From Trueperaceae bacterium (lineage in GTDB: Bacteria; Deinococcota; Deinococci; Deinococcales; Trueperaceae), in the NCBI GenBank assembly GCA_034521815.1, contig JAXHLW010000001.1:96001-160000 (forward strand): 64,000 nt of DNA, read 5' to 3'. Below the pieces are notes generated by a model. The model did not search any database, was not told where the DNA came from, and saw only the letters and a program-made list of their open reading frames with translations. A program made the translations under genes and the position numbers. Position 1 is the stretch's first letter, and each line of letters begins with the position of its first letter. Shown here one piece after another: positions 19,431-31,488 of the stretch.

Positions 19431-20090
19431 TCAGCTCAGGTGCTTGCGGGCCCAGGAGACCAGCGGCTCGGCGTCGCCGAAGGTCCGGGCCACGCGCGAG
19501 ACGACCTCGCCGGGGTCGAAGAGCCAGTCGCCCGCAGGATGCGCGCGGTGGATCGTCACGCCGGTGTGCTTGAGCAGCTCGAGACGCGGATGGTCCGGAT
19601 CCACGTCGCGTGGCCCGCGCTTCAGCGTCGCGCCGGCCAGCTCGTAGCCCTTCGCCGCGAGCTCCCGCTGGATCCGGACCAGCTCGGCGCCGCTCGCCTC
19701 GGCGTCGACGGCGCGGCGGAAGCTGCGGAGCGCGTCGCCGGACAGCCGATGGGCACCCGCGGCGACGTACAGCTTCGCGGCGTCGAGGTGAACGTAGCGC
19801 GCCGCTACGGCGTCGCGTCCGCCGATGGTCGCGGCGACCCATTCCTTGTACGGGCGCTTGTCGTTGCTGAAGCGGACGTCGCGGTTGGGACGGAACAGCC
19901 GGCCGGGACCGAACAGGCCCTCGAGCTCGGCGATCAGCGCCTGCATCGGCCCTCGGACCCAGCGCTCGTAGCGGTCGCGGTGGGCGTCGAACCAGGCCTT
20001 GTCGTTGTGTTGGGCCAACTCGCGCAGGAAGGCGAGCGATTCAGGACCGAACCCTTCGAACCTCCCCGGCGTGGCGTCGCGTCGGGCCAC
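19431..20090 (-). CDS. DUF2461 family protein
   Basis: FLRELAQHNDKAWFDAHR, FRPNRDVRFSNDKRPYK; GGAGGAG RBS before GTG 20090. Confidence 0.85.
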   Translation of the reverse strand: MARRDATPGRFEGFGPESLAFLRELAQHNDKAWFDAHRDRYERWVRGPMQALIAELEGLFGPGRLFRPNRDVRFSNDKRPYKEWVAATIGGRDAVAARYVHLDAAKLYVAAGAHRLSGDALRSFRRAVDAEASGAELVRIQRELAAKGYELAGATLKRGPRDVDPDHPRLELLKHTGVTIHRAHPAGDWLFDPGEVVSRVARTFGDAEPLVSWARKHLS

Positions 20091-20282
20091 GGATCTCCTC
20101 CTCCCCAACGGCAGCCGCCAACGTAGCAGCCAGGGCCACCGCGGCGTGTCGCGCGTCCGTGTGGAGTCCGACCGGCTCGCTGCGACCAGGGGGCATAGAC
20201 TGACTCGAGCACCTCGCATTCGAGCACCTTCCGCGCGCGGGGCGCTCGGATCCAGGCGCTCGGGTCCAGGGAGGGGGCGACC

Positions 20283-20786
20283 TTGTCCGATCCCGCAGTG
20301 GCGAAACGAGACGTGGACGACGAAGGCCGCGAAGACGACCGCGAGGCGTCGACCGACCGCGGGCGCCGCTCGCCTGCGCGAGGTCCGATGCTCGTCGTCG
20401 GGGGGCTCGTCGTCGCGGTCGTTGCCGTCGCGTCGTGGACGTGGTTCCTTCCGGTGGAGAGGCCCAGCGCGCTCACCGCCGAGGCCCGACGGCAGGTCGG
20501 GCAGGCCGTGTCGAGCGCGGAGGCTGCGGCCGCCGAGATCGTGCTCGCCGACGTTCGCGCCGAGATCACGGGGTCGCTCCGGTCCGACGAGGTGCGAGCC
20601 CGAGCGACGGAGACGATCGACCGGGTGCGCACGGCGGTCGCTCCCCTGGAGCGCTCGGAGCGCGTGCCCGCCGACGAGCTCGACGCTCGCCTCGACGAGT
20701 TGGCGCGGCTGCTCCGAGCGGGTGACCCCGCGGTCGGCGAGGCGCTCGAAGCGCTCGAGCGTCTCGCGAAGGAGGCCGGGCGGTGA
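20283..20786 (+). CDS. Hypothetical single-TM membrane protein
   Basis: One hydrophobic helix followed by a helical domain; GGAGG RBS; overlaps the next gene. Confidence 0.55.
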   Translation: MSDPAVAKRDVDDEGREDDREASTDRGRRSPARGPMLVVGGLVVAVVAVASWTWFLPVERPSALTAEARRQVGQAVSSAEAAAAEIVLADVRAEITGSLRSDEVRARATETIDRVRTAVAPLERSERVPADELDARLDELARLLRAGDPAVGEALEALERLAKEAGR

Positions 20787-22723
20787 GCGCAGCGATCCGA
20801 AGAGCCGTCCCCGCCCTCGCGATCGTCGCCGCATGGATCCTGGCCACATGGTGCGTCGTGGCCCTGGCCCAGCCCGCCCCGGGCAGCGAGGACGCAGACC
20901 TCGCCGCCGTGCGGGTCCTCCGGATCGGCGAGGAGGCGGAGACGCTCGACGTCTGGCTGGGCGAGCGCCGGATCGTGTCTGGGCTCGGTCTCGGGGGACC
21001 CTCCGACTACGTCGTCGTGCCCGCGGGGCGGCACGAGCTGGCCGTCGCTTCTCCCGCAGGCGACACGCCGGGACCGGTTCCCTCCTCGGCGCTCGGTAGC
21101 GTCGATCTCGCAGCAGGCGGCTACGCCACCGTCGTCGTGCCCGCCTCCGCCTCGGCGGCGACCCCGCCGTTCGTCGTCGACGATCCGCTGCGCGAGCTCC
21201 CGCCAGCCGGCAGCGCGGGCCTCCGGCTGGTGCATGCCGCCGCCGGACGCCCCGCGCTCGCGTTGGCGGTCCGCGATGCGGACGCCCAGGCGGGGGGACG
21301 TGCCCCGCCTGGCCTGGTGGATCCTCCCGACGTCACCCTGTACGCCGGGAGAGCGGCGCCGATGCGCGGTTCCGGCTACACCATGATCGACGCCGGAAGC
21401 TATCGCCTCTGGTTCGTCGGGGAGGACGCCGGCCTGGTGCTTGCAGGGCCGGTCGAGCTTCAGATGCGACCTGGCGTCCTGTACACGATGTTCCTGGCCG
21501 GTAGCCGATCGGGAGAGGCGCGGGTGGTCGTGTCGGTCGACGCCACCACGGTCGCGTCGACCCAGAGCGACGGGTCCGGCGCCGCATCGCTCAGGCTGCT
21601 GCACGCCTCGCCCGATGCGCCGCTCGTCGACCTCCTCGTCGACGGCAGGTTGACGCTCCGAAACGTGAAGGCGCGAATCCCTACGGCGTACGAAAGCGTG
21701 TCGCCAGGCTGGCACCGCCTCGAGGTGTACCCTCACCGATTGCCTGGACCCTTGCGGCTGCCGGGGGACGGTGGTGGGACCGAGGACGCCGTGAGCGACG
21801 ACTCGTCCTCGGCGACCTCGGGGTCCGACGGGGCGGCCGAGACCGACGTCCGTTTCGAGCCTCCACGACTCGAGCCGGTAACGGTCTATGTGGACGTTCG
21901 CCCTCTGGAGTACACGATGCTCGTGCTCACAGGGCGATTCGATCCACCACCAGAAGGCTCGACGCCCGGCGCGCTCAGCGTGGCGGTGGAGCCTACCGAT
22001 GCCGTCGTCGTCGTGCAGGGTCCGGGCGGCGGCGTGGCATCGTCGCCTGGACCCAAGCTGCTCGACGAGCTCGCGCCCGGGACCTACCGGATCGAGGTGC
22101 GAAAGGAGGGCTATCGGACCGCTCGTTACGAGGTCGACGTGCGGTCGGAGGGCACGGTCGTCGTGAACGTCACGCTGCAAAGCGCGCCGGCGGGTGGAGA
22201 GGCCGTGAGCGACGATGCGGCCGGAGACGGGGAAGCGACGGAGGACGGGGAAGCGACGGAGGACGGGGCTCCCACGTTCATGCAGGACAGCTCCGTGCAG
22301 GCGGGACGCCGGCGGCTCGAGCTGCAAATCTTCGCGAGCGCCATTCCGACGGCCGGACCCGGGAGGGCGCGGGTGCGCTTCGCGCACGTCGCCCCGTCGG
22401 TCCCGCCCCTCGAGATCGTCGCCACGCGAGGGGACGGGGGCGACGAGGAGGGCGACTCGACGGACGAGACGCTCCGTATCGAACGTTTGGCGTATCCGAA
22501 CGCCAGCCCCTACCTGTCGGTTCCCGCCGAGTCCCAGACGCTCACGTTCAGCGTGGCCGGAAGCCAGAATCGGATTCGACGCGTCGACGGTTTGGGCTTC
22601 CGCCCCGGCGTGAGCTACACCCTCTACCTCGTCGAGCGCGAGAGCAGGCTCGAGTTCGCGATCGTACCGGTCGTGGACGCGATCACGCCGCAGCGCGGGC
22701 CGGAGCAAGGGAGTTCACGATGA
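20783..22723 (+). CDS. Secreted DUF4397-repeat protein with a PEGA-like domain
   Basis: Signal peptide; repeated RLxHAxPDAPxVD units; LAPGTYRIEVRKEGY PEGA-like segment. Confidence 0.75.
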   Translation: MSAAIRRAVPALAIVAAWILATWCVVALAQPAPGSEDADLAAVRVLRIGEEAETLDVWLGERRIVSGLGLGGPSDYVVVPAGRHELAVASPAGDTPGPVPSSALGSVDLAAGGYATVVVPASASAATPPFVVDDPLRELPPAGSAGLRLVHAAAGRPALALAVRDADAQAGGRAPPGLVDPPDVTLYAGRAAPMRGSGYTMIDAGSYRLWFVGEDAGLVLAGPVELQMRPGVLYTMFLAGSRSGEARVVVSVDATTVASTQSDGSGAASLRLLHASPDAPLVDLLVDGRLTLRNVKARIPTAYESVSPGWHRLEVYPHRLPGPLRLPGDGGGTEDAVSDDSSSATSGSDGAAETDVRFEPPRLEPVTVYVDVRPLEYTMLVLTGRFDPPPEGSTPGALSVAVEPTDAVVVVQGPGGGVASSPGPKLLDELAPGTYRIEVRKEGYRTARYEVDVRSEGTVVVNVTLQSAPAGGEAVSDDAAGDGEATEDGEATEDGAPTFMQDSSVQAGRRRLELQIFASAIPTAGPGRARVRFAHVAPSVPPLEIVATRGDGGDEEGDSTDETLRIERLAYPNASPYLSVPAESQTLTFSVAGSQNRIRRVDGLGFRPGVSYTLYLVERESRLEFAIVPVVDAITPQRGPEQGSSR

Positions 22724-23847
22724 TCGCTGCGCTTCGGGCGGTGTGGGCGAATCCGTACGTGAGAGTTCTGGTGCTCGTCGCGCTGGTGGTGGTCACGTTC
22801 CTGGTGGTCCGTCAGACGCGACTGGTGTGGGGCAGTCTTCTGGTCGCGATCGTCGTCGCGTACCTGGTCTCGCCCGTCGTCGACGTCGCGGCGCGGCTGG
22901 GCTATCCCAGGTGGGTCGGCGTGCTGACCGTCGCCGGGATGCTGCTCGTCGCGACGGCAGGCGTGGGCGCTCTGGCCATCCTCGTCTCGGTGCAGCTGGC
23001 GGATCTGAGCACGGAAGTGCCCGGCCTGCTGGAGGCGGTGCGCGAGGGGCCGTTTCGGTTGGCCCGCCTGGTCGACCCGTCGTTCGGACCGGTCTTCGAG
23101 CAGGTCTTCTCCACCACCTACGTTCTGTCGGGGCGTCTGGCCGACGACGTGATTCCGTCGGTCCAGGGCGTCGGTGCCGTCGGCGTGCGCCGCACGCTCG
23201 GAGCGTTGAGCGACGCGGGCACCAGCGTGGCACTCGTCCTGGTCGTATCGCTCTACCTGATGCACCGGTTCCCGGACTACCTGGCCTCGACGCTCGAGGC
23301 CGTTGCGCCCCGCCACCGCCCGTTCGTCCGCAACATGGCGGACAAGGCGGATCGCTCGATCGGCGGGTTCGTTCGCGGTCAGCTCGCGCTCGCGCTCGTG
23401 GTCGGCGTGCTGAGCGCCGTCGGCCTGTCGCTCCTCGGCATCCCCCTCGCTCTCGTGCTGGGCGTGCTCGCGGGCATCTTCAACCTGATCCCGTTCTTCG
23501 GGCCGATCATCGTCATGGTTCCCACGGTGATCATCGCAGCGACCGTGAGCTGGGTCCACGTGGTCGGGGCGGTCGCCATTCTGCTGGTCGTCAACTTCGT
23601 CGACGGGAACGTGCTCATGCCGCTGGTGTACTCGCGGACGGTCGCGCTCGATCCGATCACGATCATCGTCGCGATCCTGTTCGGCCTCTCGCTCTTCGGC
23701 CTGCTCGGCGCTCTGGTCGCCGTACCGTTGGCGGCATTCATGAAGGTCGTCTACGTGGAGGAGATCCAGGGTCGGTCACGTCGCCCTCGCGACGACCGCC
23801 CGCGCGACGACCGCCCGCGCGACGAGTCGGAGGAGTCGACCGCCTGA
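22720..23847 (+). CDS. AI-2E family transporter
   Basis: AYLVSPVV, FVRGQL, NLIPFFGP, LLGALVAVPLAA motifs. Confidence 0.88.
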   Translation: MIAALRAVWANPYVRVLVLVALVVVTFLVVRQTRLVWGSLLVAIVVAYLVSPVVDVAARLGYPRWVGVLTVAGMLLVATAGVGALAILVSVQLADLSTEVPGLLEAVREGPFRLARLVDPSFGPVFEQVFSTTYVLSGRLADDVIPSVQGVGAVGVRRTLGALSDAGTSVALVLVVSLYLMHRFPDYLASTLEAVAPRHRPFVRNMADKADRSIGGFVRGQLALALVVGVLSAVGLSLLGIPLALVLGVLAGIFNLIPFFGPIIVMVPTVIIAATVSWVHVVGAVAILLVVNFVDGNVLMPLVYSRTVALDPITIIVAILFGLSLFGLLGALVAVPLAAFMKVVYVEEIQGRSRRPRDDRPRDDRPRDESEESTA

Positions 23848-23923
23848 CGCCGGTCCCCGGGCCGGCCCGTACCGGCCCGTACCGGTCGTCAGCGTCGGCG
23901 CCGCGACGACGGCGGCCTCCGTC

Positions 23924-25966
<2,043 letters not shown>

Positions 25967-26023
25967 GACCCTCAGGCTACGCCCGAGGGTCGGCTCGGAC
26001 CGTCAGGTGCCGTGCGAATCCCG

Positions 26024-28492
26024 TCAGTACGCCGGTCGCCAGGCGCCTCCCTGTTCGCGCACGAACGGCAGCCAGGCGATCGCGACGAGGTGCGGCGCCA
26101 CCCCGCTCGCCGGCAGGCGGATCTCGACGGTGCCGATCTCCAGCTCGGAGCCCAGCGGAGCGCGCAGCGCGTCCATCTCGTTCTCGAGCTCGGTGCTCAG
26201 CTCCTGAAGCTCCGTCTCCGCCCGCGCCAGCGCCTTGCGGGCCTCGGCGACGTCGGACGCCTCCTTCTGGACCCGTCCCGCCGAGCGCAGCGTGGTGCCG
26301 ATCTTGCTGGAGCTCGGTGCCTTGCCGCCCAGGAACCCGCTCAGCAGCGCCGAGCCGACCCGCACGACGGTATCGAGCTGGCGTTGACGCGACTGGGCCT
26401 GCTGCTGCGAGACGGCGGCCTCGGCGCGTGCCACGCGGTTCTCGACGGTGCGGACCTTGGAGGCGTAGCGCTCGCGCAGGCGCGCTTTCTCCTCGTCGCG
26501 CCGCTCGCGCTCGCGCAGCGCGGCACGCTCGCGGAACGCGGCCTCGCTCTCGCCGGGTCGCCCGACCAGGTCGGTCGCTTCGTGCGTGAACAGCCGCAGC
26601 GGCCGCTCGGCGCGCAGCCAGCGCACGAACCCCTTCTGCGCGTCCTTCAGGGCGCTGGCGCTCAGGTCGCCCGGCAGGTCGCCACCGAACGCGCCGTCTG
26701 CCGGCGCGACGTCCATCAGGTCGTCCAGCGACAGCGGCACGTCGCGACCCGCCGCCCAGTCCACCGGTGCCGCGCCCATCGGCACGTCGGCGATCCGGAC
26801 CACGGTCTCGTGATGCTCGACCGGGGGCCGCTTGCGACTCCACGACAGGCCCGCCGCGGCCAGCAGGTGCGGCAGCCAGGTGGTGCTGGCGCCCTCCGGC
26901 GCGCGCGACGGCGCGAAGAACTCGGGCACGTCGTGCGGGAGCATCGGCCTGCGCGACGACGCTGGAGCCCCGCTCGCGGAGGTCGCCACCGCCGCCGCGC
27001 CGGCCCCGTGGGGAGCCGTGGCGCCGGCAGCGGGCGCCCCGCCCGCCGTGGCGCGGGCGTCGGCGAGCTCGTTCCGGATCGGATGGTCGGCCATCAGCCG
27101 CTCGATCTGCGGCCGCGCCAGCGGCCCGGCCAGGTAGCTCATCACCCAGCGCGTCCGCATCAGCCGGGGCGCACGCTCGTGCACGCTGTGGAGCAGGAAG
27201 GTGCGCTTGTCGAGCCCGGCCAGCCGCTGCCCCAGCTCGCGGGTGTCGACGCCCGCCGAGGAGTCCGCCCGGCTGAGCCCCGACAGCACGCGGTCCCGGT
27301 CCTGCTCGGTCTGCAGCCGCCCCAGGAACCAGGTGCCGGCGTTCGACAGCGCCTTGTAGTCCAGGTCGACCGGGTTCTGCGTCGACAGCACCACGCCGAT
27401 CCCGAACGCCCGCGCCTGCTTCAGCAGCGTCAGGAGCGGCGTCTTGCTGGGCGGATTCGCGGTCGGCGGCAGGTAGCCGAACACCTCGTCGAGGTAGATC
27501 AGGGCGCGCAAGGTCCCGGTGCCGCTCTGCCCCCGCATCCAGGCGATCATCTCGTTCAGGACCAGCGTCGTCGCGAACATCCGCTCGGCATCGGACAGAT
27601 GCGCCGTCGTGATCACGCTGGTGCGCGGGCGACCGTCGGGCGCGGTCAACAGCGCCTCGGCCGCCAGCGGCGTGCCCTGCAGCCAGGGCGCGAACGACGG
27701 CGCGGCGACCAGCGCGTTCAGCTTGCGGGCGAAGGCGGCCCGGTCGCGGACGGGAAGCACGGCGTCGACGCCGAGAACCCCGATCCGATCGAACGGCGGC
27801 GACTGCACCAGCGGGATCAGCTCCTCGAGCGACAGGTCCCGCCCGGCCCGCCACTGGTGGGCCAGCAGCGTGCTGAGCAGCAGGTGCTCGGGACTGGTCA
27901 GCGGATCCGCCGCTTCGCCGGTCAGGCCCAACAGGCCGTCGACCGTGCCTTGCACCCGCTCGGCCAGCGCCTCGGGGTCGTTCCGGACGGCAGCGCCGGG
28001 CGCGGCCAGCGACCTGAGCACGTTCAGCGGCTGGCCGGCGGTCGAGCCGGGGGTGAACACCACCACCTCCCGCGCGGCGTTCAGCCGCCGCACCCGCTCC
28101 GGGGTCTGGCCCCACGACGCCATCCCCTCCCGCCAGGTAGCCGCCGTGGCCTGGGCCGTCTCCGCCGCCGTCGCGCCGCTCCGCCTGGCCTCGACCGGAT
28201 CGACCCACGGCTCCAGGTCGTCACCGCTGGGCTCGGGGAACGCCAGCGCCAGGTTCGTGAGGTCGCCCTTCGGATCGATCGCGACGACCGGAATCCCGTC
28301 CAGTGCGGCCTCTTCGAGCAGGCCGACGCCAAGCCCCGTCTTGCCGCTACCGGTCATGCCGATGATCACCGCGTGCGTGGTCAGGTCGGCGGCGTCCAGC
28401 AGGACCGGTCGTGCGGCGTCGTCGCCGTCCGGCCCCGCCTCGCGACCGAGGAAGAACTCGCCGACGCGCTCTGGAAGGATGGAGTCGCTCAT
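26024..28492 (-). CDS. HerA/FtsK-superfamily ATPase (DUF87/DUF853-like) with coiled-coil C-terminus
   Basis: THAVIIGMTGSGKT Walker A, IYLDEVFG Walker B, KQARAFG, STQNPVDLDYK. TACGAT -10 box 7 nt before ATG 28492. Confidence 0.82.
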   Translation of the reverse strand: MSDSILPERVGEFFLGREAGPDGDDAARPVLLDAADLTTHAVIIGMTGSGKTGLGVGLLEEAALDGIPVVAIDPKGDLTNLALAFPEPSGDDLEPWVDPVEARRSGATAAETAQATAATWREGMASWGQTPERVRRLNAAREVVVFTPGSTAGQPLNVLRSLAAPGAAVRNDPEALAERVQGTVDGLLGLTGEAADPLTSPEHLLLSTLLAHQWRAGRDLSLEELIPLVQSPPFDRIGVLGVDAVLPVRDRAAFARKLNALVAAPSFAPWLQGTPLAAEALLTAPDGRPRTSVITTAHLSDAERMFATTLVLNEMIAWMRGQSGTGTLRALIYLDEVFGYLPPTANPPSKTPLLTLLKQARAFGIGVVLSTQNPVDLDYKALSNAGTWFLGRLQTEQDRDRVLSGLSRADSSAGVDTRELGQRLAGLDKRTFLLHSVHERAPRLMRTRWVMSYLAGPLARPQIERLMADHPIRNELADARATAGGAPAAGATAPHGAGAAAVATSASGAPASSRRPMLPHDVPEFFAPSRAPEGASTTWLPHLLAAAGLSWSRKRPPVEHHETVVRIADVPMGAAPVDWAAGRDVPLSLDDLMDVAPADGAFGGDLPGDLSASALKDAQKGFVRWLRAERPLRLFTHEATDLVGRPGESEAAFRERAALRERERRDEEKARLRERYASKVRTVENRVARAEAAVSQQQAQSRQRQLDTVVRVGSALLSGFLGGKAPSSSKIGTTLRSAGRVQKEASDVAEARKALARAETELQELSTELENEMDALRAPLGSELEIGTVEIRLPASGVAPHLVAIAWLPFVREQGGAWRPAY

Positions 28493-28583
28493 GGGCGCCA
28501 TCGTACTCGGCGGTGCTACCGTGCAGCACGATGATGAACGCCTGCGAACGCCGCCCTCGCACGACCGTCTCGCGAGGCTCGCG

Positions 28584-31427
28584 GTGAAGACCTTCTACCT
28601 TCTCGACGGCCACGCTCAGATCTTCCGTGCCTACTACGCGCCGTTCCGGGAGCTCACCACGCCCGACGGGCGCAACGTCAAGGCCGCCTACGTGTTCACC
28701 CAGCTCGTCGTCAGCCTGCTGAACAAGGATCCCGACTTCTTCGCCGTCGCGTTCGACGTCAGCGACGAGACGACGTTCCGCAAGGACGAGTTCGACGCGT
28801 ACAAGGAGCATCGCGACAAGGCGCCCGAGGATCTCGGCACCCAGATGGTCATGGTGCGCGAGATCCTGGACCGGATGGGCGTCGTCACGCTGGAGCGCGA
28901 GGGGTTCGAGGCGGACGACCTGATCGCCACCATCGCCGCGGGGCTGCCGGACGACGTCGAGATGCGCATCGTCAGCAAGGACAAGGACCTGCACCAGATC
29001 TTGAACGACCGCGTCGCTCTGTACGACCCGAAGGACGGCTCGCTGCTTCGCGGCCCCGACCTGCTCGAGGCCAAGGGCTACACGCCCGAGCAGGCGGTCG
29101 AGGTCCAGACGCTGGTCGGCGACCCGACCGACAACATCCCCGGCGTCCCCGGCATCGGCGTCAAGACCGCCGCCAAGCTGATCCACCAGTACGGCACCGC
29201 CGACGCGGTGCTGGAGCACGCCGACGAGCAGACGCCCAAGCGCCGCGAGAACCTGCTGGCCTCGGCGCAGCTGCTGCCGGTGACGCGTCGGCTGGTGACG
29301 CTCCGCGACGACGTGCCGCTGAGTTTCGAGCTCGAGGCGTGCCGCACGCCGCGGCCGCGGCGCGACGACGTCCAGGACGTGTTCGAGGCGTTGGGCTTCC
29401 GGACGCTCCTGGAGCAGCTGGCCGGATCGGACGCGACCCGCCGGTCGTCCGGCAGCGCGTCCGGCAGCGCGTCCGGCAGCGCGTCCGGTAGCGCGTCCGG
29501 TAGCGCCTCGAGCAGCGCGTCCGGGTCTGCGGACGGTGGGCTGTTCCCCTCAGAGGGCGGTGCAGAGGGCGGTGACGAGCCCCACGACGCTCCGCAGGCG
29601 GAGCACCTGCGCGACGCCGACTACCGCGTGGTCACCGAGCTGGCCGAGCTCGAGGCGCTGGTCCAGAGCGTCGACGGGGCGCCCGCGGTCGCGATCGACA
29701 CCGAGACCACCAGCCTGCGCGCGCACGACGCGGAGATGATCGGGATCTCGCTGGCGATCCGACCGGGCGCAGCCTGGTACGTCCCGGTGCGCTGCCACGA
29801 GCGTGAGGTGCTCGCCACCGACACGGTCCTGAAGGCGCTCGCGCCGCTGCTCGAGAGCGAGCGGGTCGTCAAGGTCGGCCAGAACCTGAAGTACGACCTG
29901 CAGGTGCTCTGGAACGCGGGGGCCCGGGTCGAGGGTCCGATCTTCGACACCATGATCGTTGCCGCCCTGCTCCGGCCCGAGCGGCGCGGGAACGGCCTGG
30001 ACGCCCTCGCCAAGGACCTGCTGGGGATCGACCTGATCCCGACGTCGGAGCTGATCGGCAAGGGCAAGAACCAGAAGACGATGCTGGACGTGCCGTTGGA
30101 CCGTCTCGCCGAGTACGCCGCCGAGGACGCCGACGCCACCTGGCGTCTCTACCAGCTGCTTCGCGGCGAGCTGGACCAGGCGCCGGCCGATCTGCGGCGA
30201 CTGGCCGAAGAGGTCGAGCTCCCGCTGGTCCGCGTGCTGGCCCGGATGGAGGGACGCGGCGTCAAGCTGGATCTGGACCTGCTGGCCGAGACGGCGGAGC
30301 GCCTCGAGGCCCGCATCGCGCAGCTCCGCACCGAGATCCAGGTCGCGGCCGGTCGGGAGTTCAACCCCGACAGCCCGGCGCAGCTGGGCGAGGTGCTGTT
30401 CGACCACCTGGGCATGCGCGTCGTCAAGCGCACGAAGACCAGCCGCAGCACCGACGCCAGCGTGCTCGAGACGCTGGCCGCCGAGACCGAGCACCCGCTG
30501 CCGGCCCTGGTGCTCGAGTACCGCGAGCTGACCAAGCTGCTGGGCACGTACGTCGCGCCGCTGCCCGGCTACGTGAGCCCTCGCGACGGACGACTGCACG
30601 CCAGCTTCCACCAGGTCGGGGCCGCCACCGGCCGGCTATCGAGCTCGGATCCCAACATCCAGAACATCCCGGTCCGGACCGAGACCGGCCGCCTGATCCG
30701 GCGCGCGTTCACCGCCAGCGCGCCCGATAGGCGCCTGCTGACGGCCGACTACAGCCAGGTCGAGCTGCGGATGCTGGCCCACCTCTCGGGCGACGCCGAG
30801 ATGACGCGGGCGTTCGAGGCGGGGCTGGACATTCACGCCTTCGTGGCCAGTCAGGTGTACTCGATCGAGCTGGCCGAGGTCACGCCCGAGCAGCGCCGGG
30901 TCGCCAAGACCGTGAACTTCGGCATCGTGTACGGCCAGACCGCGTTCGGCCTGGCCCGCACGCTGCGCATCCCGCAGGGGGACGCCGCCGCGTTCATCGA
31001 GGCGTACAAGGAGCGGTACCGCGGGATCGACCGCTTCCTGGCCCAGTGCATCGCGTTCGCCGAGGAGCACGGCTACGTCGCCACGATCCTCGGGCGTCGC
31101 AGGCCGGTGTCCGAGATCCGGAGCCGCAACCGCAACATGCGCTCGCTGGGCGAGCGGCTCGCGATCAACACCGTCGTGCAGGGCAGCGCCGCCGACCTGA
31201 TCAAGCTCGCGATGCGCAACCTGGACGCGAGGCTGCGCGCTCCGGGCGCCCCCGACGCGCACATGATCATCCAGGTGCACGACGAGCTGGTGTTCGACGT
31301 CGCCGAGAAGGACGGCGAGGTCGCGAAGGAGGTCGTGCGCGACGAGATGATCGGCGCCATGAAGCTCGACGTGCCGCTGGCGGTCGACGCGGCGCTGGGT
31401 CGCGACTGGGCGTCGACCAAGGGCTGA
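28584..31427 (+). CDS. polA: DNA polymerase I (5' nuclease, 3'-5' exonuclease and polymerase domains)
   Basis: LLDGH, EADDLIAT, GDPTDNIPGVPGIG, Exo motifs DTETT/NLKYD/YAAED, DYSQVELR, KTVNFGIVYG, QVHDEL. Alternative start GTG 28521. Confidence 0.96.
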   Translation: MKTFYLLDGHAQIFRAYYAPFRELTTPDGRNVKAAYVFTQLVVSLLNKDPDFFAVAFDVSDETTFRKDEFDAYKEHRDKAPEDLGTQMVMVREILDRMGVVTLEREGFEADDLIATIAAGLPDDVEMRIVSKDKDLHQILNDRVALYDPKDGSLLRGPDLLEAKGYTPEQAVEVQTLVGDPTDNIPGVPGIGVKTAAKLIHQYGTADAVLEHADEQTPKRRENLLASAQLLPVTRRLVTLRDDVPLSFELEACRTPRPRRDDVQDVFEALGFRTLLEQLAGSDATRRSSGSASGSASGSASGSASGSASSSASGSADGGLFPSEGGAEGGDEPHDAPQAEHLRDADYRVVTELAELEALVQSVDGAPAVAIDTETTSLRAHDAEMIGISLAIRPGAAWYVPVRCHEREVLATDTVLKALAPLLESERVVKVGQNLKYDLQVLWNAGARVEGPIFDTMIVAALLRPERRGNGLDALAKDLLGIDLIPTSELIGKGKNQKTMLDVPLDRLAEYAAEDADATWRLYQLLRGELDQAPADLRRLAEEVELPLVRVLARMEGRGVKLDLDLLAETAERLEARIAQLRTEIQVAAGREFNPDSPAQLGEVLFDHLGMRVVKRTKTSRSTDASVLETLAAETEHPLPALVLEYRELTKLLGTYVAPLPGYVSPRDGRLHASFHQVGAATGRLSSSDPNIQNIPVRTETGRLIRRAFTASAPDRRLLTADYSQVELRMLAHLSGDAEMTRAFEAGLDIHAFVASQVYSIELAEVTPEQRRVAKTVNFGIVYGQTAFGLARTLRIPQGDAAAFIEAYKERYRGIDRFLAQCIAFAEEHGYVATILGRRRPVSEIRSRNRNMRSLGERLAINTVVQGSAADLIKLAMRNLDARLRAPGAPDAHMIIQVHDELVFDVAEKDGEVAKEVVRDEMIGAMKLDVPLAVDAALGRDWASTKG
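29448..29531 (+). repeat. In-frame 12-bp tandem repeat x7 (SGSA linker) in polA
   Basis: tccggcagcgcg units between the 5' nuclease and exonuclease domains. Confidence 0.85.
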
Positions 31428-31488
31428 GGAGAGTAAAGCCCAGCGCGACCGGCTGCGCGAGACGATTCGAGCGAAAGGAGTCGCGAGC

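Noticed and set aside
25967-26023. Deinococcus RDRM (DdrO) box or a classical SOS box upstream of uvrB and other repair genes
   Set aside because: No convincing match seen by eye upstream of uvrB, uvrC, polA or SRAP
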